Assembly: GCA_964035545.1 (NCBI GenBank) | Contig: OZ037770.1 | Location: 1,550,001 to 1,614,000, forward strand | DNA length: 64,000 nt | From: Bugula neritina | Lineage: Eukaryota; Animalia; Bryozoa | Direction of reading: 5' to 3' | In this document: piece by piece, positions 56,919 to 64,000 of the stretch | Numbering within the stretch: position 1 is the stretch's first letter | Layout: each line of letters begins with the position of its first letter | Notes under the pieces: generated by a model | Told to the model about the DNA's origin: nothing | What the model saw: only the letters and a program-made list of their open reading frames with translations | The model's database searches: none | Position numbers and translations under genes: made by a program

Positions 56919-59900
56919 TCAATCTATCTGATAAAAGAGCACTTCTCCACAAGACCTGGGTACAATCAGAGTATTTCCTGTCACATGAAGATCATGCGCA
57001 GAAGATTCCCTTCTTGCAGTCGAATCTGATATCTCTTTCAGCAGTTTACCTGAAGTAGCATAAGTCAATATACACAACTGTTACTATCAAAACACTGAAT
57101 CACCAAGATCCTCTAACTCTGTGATTTTTTATTTACTTTACTTTTTGCAATAGAAAGTATGGCAAGCAGACAATAACCACGCGGTGTATGTGAATTAATA
57201 TGCCATAAAATTAACCTGTGTTTCCATTCAGTATCCAGACTCTGGTGGTAGCATTCCCAATAGCTACATACACTCTTCCTTTGCTGTATGCTACACCCCG
57301 TGGTCTAGTCACACGTTCAGATGTCCATTCAACTTCTCCACTTGAAATATTCACTTTGAATACTTTAGAGGAATTGTAATCAGACACAATAACAGAGATA
57401 TCATCTACAGCACATACTGATACTTTACCGGTACCAAGTAGAGGGCAGCTTATGTGTTTCTGTACCTTCACAGTAAGAGAGTAGACTACTAGTCTCTTGT
57501 TCTTTCTATCTGGTATAATGATTTGATCATTAACAACAGTCAGTTTGTTGAAGTCGGGTAAGAATGTTGTAGCATCGGAATGGGTCCAGCTGGTGATGAG
57601 TTTCCCTGTCAGATCATGTACTCTGACTGTGTAGGGTTTACCATCTACTAAAGTATACAGTCTGTCTTTGTACACAGCTACACTGTGTACCCAGTCAGTA
57701 GCTGTTATAAACTTCCTGCTAGACTGATTATTCTCCTCTATTATATCTACTCTTCCATCACCTAGTCCAACGTAAGTACTACCGTGGTAACTACAGACTG
57801 AAGTAGAGTAGCCAGACACAGAAGCTGTATGTAGGAGAGTTAATTGTTTAGGTAGAGTATCAGTAGTAGTCAGCTCATGTTCAGTGTGCACAACACTTTC
57901 TGGAAAGGAGACAATTTCTAATTCAATCTCTCTTCTCTCTCCTGTAAGCAAAATAAGAAGCAAATTATTGCAGCGTCATACAATTTACAATTACAGTTAT
58001 ATTAATAGTTGTGTTTAACAGTTGATACAGTATAGAATCTGCAAAATTCTCTACAAAAGGAAAAGGGAATTTCTAACAGCTATATTCACAGTACATCACG
58101 TTATATGCCTGAACTATGGCGCTGTGTTTGTTTCTTCTTTAATATAATACATTGAACTATATAAAAGGGCATTTTAGAGCGTACATAAAACATACAACAA
58201 CATCTAAGAATATAGTGGAACAAATTATAGGAACCTAATTGACTTCACACAATCCAATTTTGCATCAAAATATCTTGCTGTCGGTCAAGTGCGTATATGT
58301 GCATTTATAGCCATGAGCTGAAGTAATCAGTCTCAGATTGGCTATGTATAATATTCACATTCCCAGATGAAATTTAGCTGACTCTAAATCAAAGTAAACT
58401 ATGAAGCATTATATACATAACACGTGAGTTAGTATATAATTGTGTACATGTATTAGTAACTAATTGCATAAGTTTGGGAATGTTGCAAGTGAGAGATTGA
58501 AGATCCTGCATGTGGTGGCTACTAATACAATGCCATGTTTTTCAAACAAACAAAACAAGTAAGGTAGGTAACTGAAATATTTGAAAAGGGCCGTTTACAA
58601 TATGAAAAGCCTGTTTAATTTTCTCTATAGTAATATTATAAAGTTCTTTTGATATTTTCCTTTATATCAGATAAAAAAGTACCATTTGTTTATTTGGCAG
58701 ATTTAATTCAAACTGTTTCATCTATGTTTAGTTATCTAAGAACATAACTACCTATGTGAATGTTAATGGAGGTGAAGAAAAATAAACAACCTTAAACTAA
58801 TATATATGCTACTATGTAAACTTCCATAAAAATATTTGAAATTTTTTAAAGACCAAAAGGTGTCCAGCTCACTTTCAGTCAACTTTTATAAGATATTACT
58901 GACCTTTGACCTGTAAACCAGACTTTGATATCTCCAGAGTAGGAAACTCAATAGATAACAAATTTCTGATTTCCTTCATTGTCTCCTCATGTCTTGTTAC
59001 AATATCTACCTGCATAATAGATTCATATACCAACACTAGAGTTCTGTATTAGTATATGCAGCATATTTATATTTCTCATTTCATTATTCTCGGCATCATG
59101 TGCTAAATGTATACGATCGAATTAAAAATATATCTTTTATCTCGATTATATTCAAAAACATAGATACAGTATCTTTAGGCTTCATACCTGGTGATTGTGT
59201 TTGTGTCTACCCTCAATCTGTAGTCTTTGTCTATTGAGATCAGATAATTTAACTCCAACATTTTGTTCTGTGAATCTTTCCAGTTCCAACTTCCCATTTT
59301 CTCTCAGCTTCAGCAACTCTTCTTCCAGATTTTTGTATTTCAACTCAATACTCCGAATCTATCAATAGGATTAGTGCACGATATACATACTCGAAAGAAA
59401 ATTTCACTAAATGAAAATAATTGTTCAAAAACATTCAAATTTTTGCCAAGCTCCTGGTTTATCTCTAAAAATTAGTTTTCTATATTTAAATGTACATGTC
59501 TTTTTTGATCTGAAATTCTAATAACTTTATAAAGTTTGTATATATAACCTGTTCATCCCTTGTTCTGTGGAGTGTCTCCATCATATCTCTAGTCTCACTA
59601 TCATAGTCACACAATACTCTAGTCATGTGTTTCACCAAATCTTGAAACTGATCTTCTTTCTTCAGGATTTCTGATCTCATCTTATCCATTTCTTCAGACA
59701 GTTTAGCCACCAGCCCATTCAATGTGATCAGTTGGTGTGGAGAACCTGTATGAAACAGAATATTTGTCTGCGACATCCTAATCTACTTTCCACCAGATAC
59801 AATATGCTGCATATTTATTTGATTATATGAAATATAATATATTTCAGTCCAAGTCTCAGTTTGTAAATTTGCTGTACTTAAATTTCAAAAATAACATTGA

Positions 59901-61066
59901 ACCTGTATGAGTGTGTTGTTTAATTTTGAAAATGGTTAGCGGCAGCACTGGCATCTATTTTGGCTAGTTTGTTGACTGTTGGGTTTCATTGCTTATTTCT
60001 GCGGTGAGTATATATATTATATATTTCAAACCTATTGACTCTGCAGATTAAAACAATATAAAAACAAAGACTTTAAGAAACAAGTATTTGGTGTGTTTTT
60101 GAATAATTAAATAAAAAGAAACTTACCATCATCACAGTTTGGTGAGCTCTCAATGCAAGCATTACAAAGTACAGAATAACAACTCCTACATGCCATGGCA
60201 TAGGGTAGTTCAGGATGTTTAGAGCATAGCCTGGTTTTTAGTTTTCTAGCCTCCACTCTGTAGTCAGTCATTGTAATCATAGGGTGAGCTCCATGGAGGT
60301 CATCATGAGACTGTGATATACAAGCTTATATAAATAGCTGTAACCAATATACGTGTTTAGCGACAGTTAGGCAACACTCCTTCAAAAATTCTAGCTCTTG
60401 AGGTCTTTATTTAAAATAATTAGCACTGTAATATATAATTTGAATTACATTGCCCTGTATCTGCTATACTGTATAGTTGGGAACAGACAGTGGTGATGTA
60501 ACATAGTAAGCAAAAAGTGTCAATTTTCAAATAAAAATTAAGATGAGCTGTAGAGTAAGTTTTAGATATCCTCACCTCTCTGTGTTTAGCACAGAACTTA
60601 GCAGTACATGTCTTACAATAAACAACAGCTTGTTGATTGGCTACACCTTTTCTAGTACAGGTGTCACAGCATAGAGACAAGTCATCTCTTGTGTTGGAGG
60701 TAGGAAGTGAGTCTATCTCAACATCATAAACTTCTCTGTAATACAAAACAGCAGCTAGCAGTCTCTCAAATGCTAGTAGGCTACTTAATCAGGATAAGTC
60801 ATTGTAAGCAGATCGAACTATTAGACAAATTGTTTGAAGCTATACCCGCAAATAATCGGACAGGAAGCAGTATGATTCAGTGTAGGCAGAACTATGTAAA
60901 CATACCTGCAGAAGGGACATCTGACTATTCTACTAACTTCAAAGCTTCCTGTCAGACATTTTAAACAGTGTATGTGTCCACAAGGTAGAAATCTTGGATC
61001 TTCCAGATCTTCTAATCTACCAACACAGAACCCACATTCTATCTGGTTGTCTCTTCCTTCAGCCAT
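56919..61066 (-). CDS. TRIM-family protein copy D (RING, 2 B-boxes, coiled coil, beta-propeller), ~611 aa
   Basis: Exons 61066-60906, 60735-60576, 60310-60127, 59745-59549, 59358-59188, 59009-58904, 57941-57216, 57049-56919 (TGA); GT-AG boundaries, 1836 nt, open. Confidence 0.9.
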
Positions 61067-62873
61067 TTTTAAGAATAAGAACACTCCGCTAAAATTTTCT
61101 AAAATACATCAAAATACAGAATTTTTAGGACATGAATAATGTAGTTAAGGTTTTGTCTCTGTTTTACCCCACAGCTGCTCCCATAACATTTGTATAGAAA
61201 TAATAAAATAATACTTACCAGTTCTCTGTATTGTTTTTCCACTCAGGTAACTTTATATGGAGCCGAGGATTCTTATAGTGTGACTTGTTGAAATCTCAGA
61301 AAGAGATGCGACTAACAAAGTATAGCTACCCACTCGATATGAAATAATATAATGATGGGTGGCTAAAACTAGTTTGAACTTGACGTATATTGACACGCTT
61401 TACCTTCGTGGTTCATATCTGTTACTTATAACAAAGATAAGAATTATTGTTTGTTTAAAATCACACTGCGCATGAGATACTGAAGTCAATATGTATGCTT
61501 GTAAGTTAGTAACTGTGCCTCTACCTAAACTGATAACACAGTGTGCAAGTCTAAATATATGACTATGTTGTTTATACAATGATTTGCCACACTTGAAATA
61601 CATCAGCAGTTTCATGAACCCACTAAATATATAATAAGTCTAACAATAAAGTGTGCAGGTAACTATCTGCTTTCATATACTGCTGGTGAAAGCTCAACAC
61701 AAAAATTTGATTTCATTCACATAATCAAATTTTTGTTTTACACATTCTAATATTCATAAATATTTACGAAGAGATATGCTTGCTAAAATGTATTTTATAT
61801 ATTGGTGAAAAATTTATCAAATAAAAGTGACAAACTTGCATTACGCTTTCATCATATTGAGCTTAATATGCTATATTTTGTAGAGGTCCATGCCTCAATA
61901 TATCAGTGTACTATTACTTTATATAATCTATTAATCTCAACTATATGAGCATGTTATTGATTCTCAAAAATCAGAACTGCATGGTTGAGGAAAGTTTAAT
62001 TTATATTCACAAACATACTTTTAAGCTTTTAAGTTTTATTTTAGTATACCAATGTTTTTCTCAAATGATAGCCATATAATTTAGAAAAAAATAGCTTTCA
62101 AGAGATGTCTATTTTTCTTTGCACAATTGTCTACAATCATATTTTGATAACAAACAATGCAATTAGATGCACTTAATTTGTTGCATATTTGTAAACAGGA
62201 TTGAAATATTACTACCTTATTGGTACTTTTAAAACCCTTACCCATTTTTTTCATTGGTCTAATTTTGCTATATCGCATTAAACAGAATAAATAAATGACC
62301 CAGTTTCATCTACCAATTCCATTTAAATCAGTATTCTTTTTTAAGATTATTTAGCTCAAGTATGGATGCTGCGTTAATTTGGAATTTTTTTTTTAAAAAG
62401 TCAATACATAATCATATTAACGCAGACATAAATTGTGCTTTGCTTTGCTATAATGCCGATTAATTAACAAATGCCATTTACTGAAACTTTTGAACTACTA
62501 TAGTTTCTTGTTCAGCCTGTCTGGTATGACAACTTGATCATTAACAACTGCCGGTTTGATGCAGCGCCAGTTTTGAACATCAGGATGAATCCAGCTGGTG
62601 AAGAGTTTCCCTGTTAGTGCATGTACTCTGACTGTGTGAGGTTTACCATATACTAAAATATATAGTCTGTCCTTGTATACAGCTACACTGAGTACCCATC
62701 AAGTAGATATTATAAACCCCTACCTAGCCAGATTAATCCCCTCAATTATAGCTTCTCCCTCATCACTAAGTCCAACATAAAATTGCCCTAATAACTATAG
62801 ACTGAAGTACAGTAGTCAGACACAGGAACTGTATGTAGGAGAGTTAATTATATAGGTAGAGCATCAGTAGTAG

Positions 62874-63101
62874 TCAGCTCATGTTCAGTGTGCATACATT
62901 TCTCTGAAAAGAGAAAATATTTAATTCAATCTCTCTTCTCTCTCCTGCAAGTAGAATAAAAACTAAGTTATTGCAGTGTGATTCAACCTATGATGGTAGT
63001 TGTTCAGGTAGCTTAAGAACGCCACCTATGTTTAATATTTGCTCTTTCTCTCTGTTGCAATAATAAAATGATCAAATATTATATATTTACAGCATATGCA
63101 G

Positions 63102-63192
<91 letters not shown>

Positions 63193-64000
63193 CGATAAGT
63201 TAAATGCACCAATTACTAGACTCACTTAGTTCAGGAGATACTTCATTTAGGCTGAAGTAAAGATATTCAGAAAGGTTTAAAAGTTACAACCACAACCTGA
63301 GGCAAAAAAAATTGGCCTTTGGTACAGTTATAAGAAGATGATGCCAAAGAATGGAAATTGTGATGACTATGCTAAATTTTAAAACTTCTACAAGAAGTTG
63401 GTTGGTCAAAGACTGCTGAGTAACTTTGGTAAAAGCTTTCACGAAAAACCTAATAAGATGAAAAGTTTTCTACTCAGATTCAGTCAAATATGCAAGCTTA
63501 AAGCAAAGCCTGTAAACATGTTTAATAGACTACTAACCTTTGACCTGTAAACCAGACTTTGATATCTCTAGAGTAGGAAACTCAAGAGATAACAACTTTC
63601 TGATTTCTTCCATTGTCTTCTCATGTCTTGTTATAATATCCACCTGAATATTAGAATAATATCAATATCAGAGCTTTGCAATATTATATGAGTATCATCT
63701 GTACATATCTCATTTCAATTATTGGCGTCATGTATTAGTTGTATATTACAATCAAATTAAAAATATAGTTTTATTTAAATCAAAAAATATAATTACAGGT
63801 TCTAGGTTCCATACCTGGTGATTGTGTTTATGTCTAGCCTCAATCTGTAATCTATGTCTATTAAGATCAGATAATTTAACTCCAACATTTTGTTCCGTGA
63901 ATCTTTCCAGTTCCAACTTCACATTTTCTCTCAATTTCAGCAACTCTTGCTCCAGTTTTTTGTATTTTAACTCAATACTCCGAATCTATCAATAAGATTA
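62874..64000 (-). pseudogene. TRIM copy E (partial; 5' exons lie beyond the window), same propeller frameshift as copy B
   Basis: Exon 5 (63985-63815) and exon 6 (63643-63538) are open. Exon 7 starts at 62944 with the same 1-nt deletion and TGA at 62876-62874. Decayed propeller remnant extends to ~62510. Confidence 0.8.

Larger units (their letters stand above)
53890..64000 (+). repeat. Segmental duplicate of ~9190-19600 (3' flank, gene A, intergenic region, 3' part of gene B)
   Basis: Colinear similarity through flank, exons, introns and promoter; offset between the A and D start codons is 44652 bp. 37232-43700 is a third copy of the flank and gene. Confidence 0.9.

Overview
AT-rich, intron-containing eukaryotic DNA, probably from an invertebrate animal (lineage cannot be determined from the sequence). 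The window is dominated by a minus-strand tandem cluster of 8-coding-exon TRIM-type genes (C3HC4 RING, two B-boxes, coiled coil, NHL-like beta-propeller). Three copies appear intact: A (12153-16414), C (40517-44002) and D (56919-61066). Two copies, B (18222-21530) and E (62874 to the window end), keep open RING/B-box/coiled-coil exons where visible but share one frameshift at the start of the propeller exon. An orphan last exon lies at 24325-24438. Differences between paralogs concentrate in predicted top-face loops of the propeller while neighbouring introns are nearly identical, and copy C is a patchwork of B-, A- and D-like segments, which suggests a diversifying recognition system. Between B and C is an ~11-kb element sitting in a (TA)n tract. 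It has inverted ends, a directly repeated dyad site, a decayed spliced tyrosine-recombinase-like gene and a 2.4-kb minisatellite built from its own end motif. Also present are two Penelope-like retroelement remnants, four hammerhead-ribozyme motifs, a tRNA-derived SINE family, solo LTRs, MITE-like inverted repeats and a double-palindrome repair scar. All exon boundaries and alignments were read by eye.
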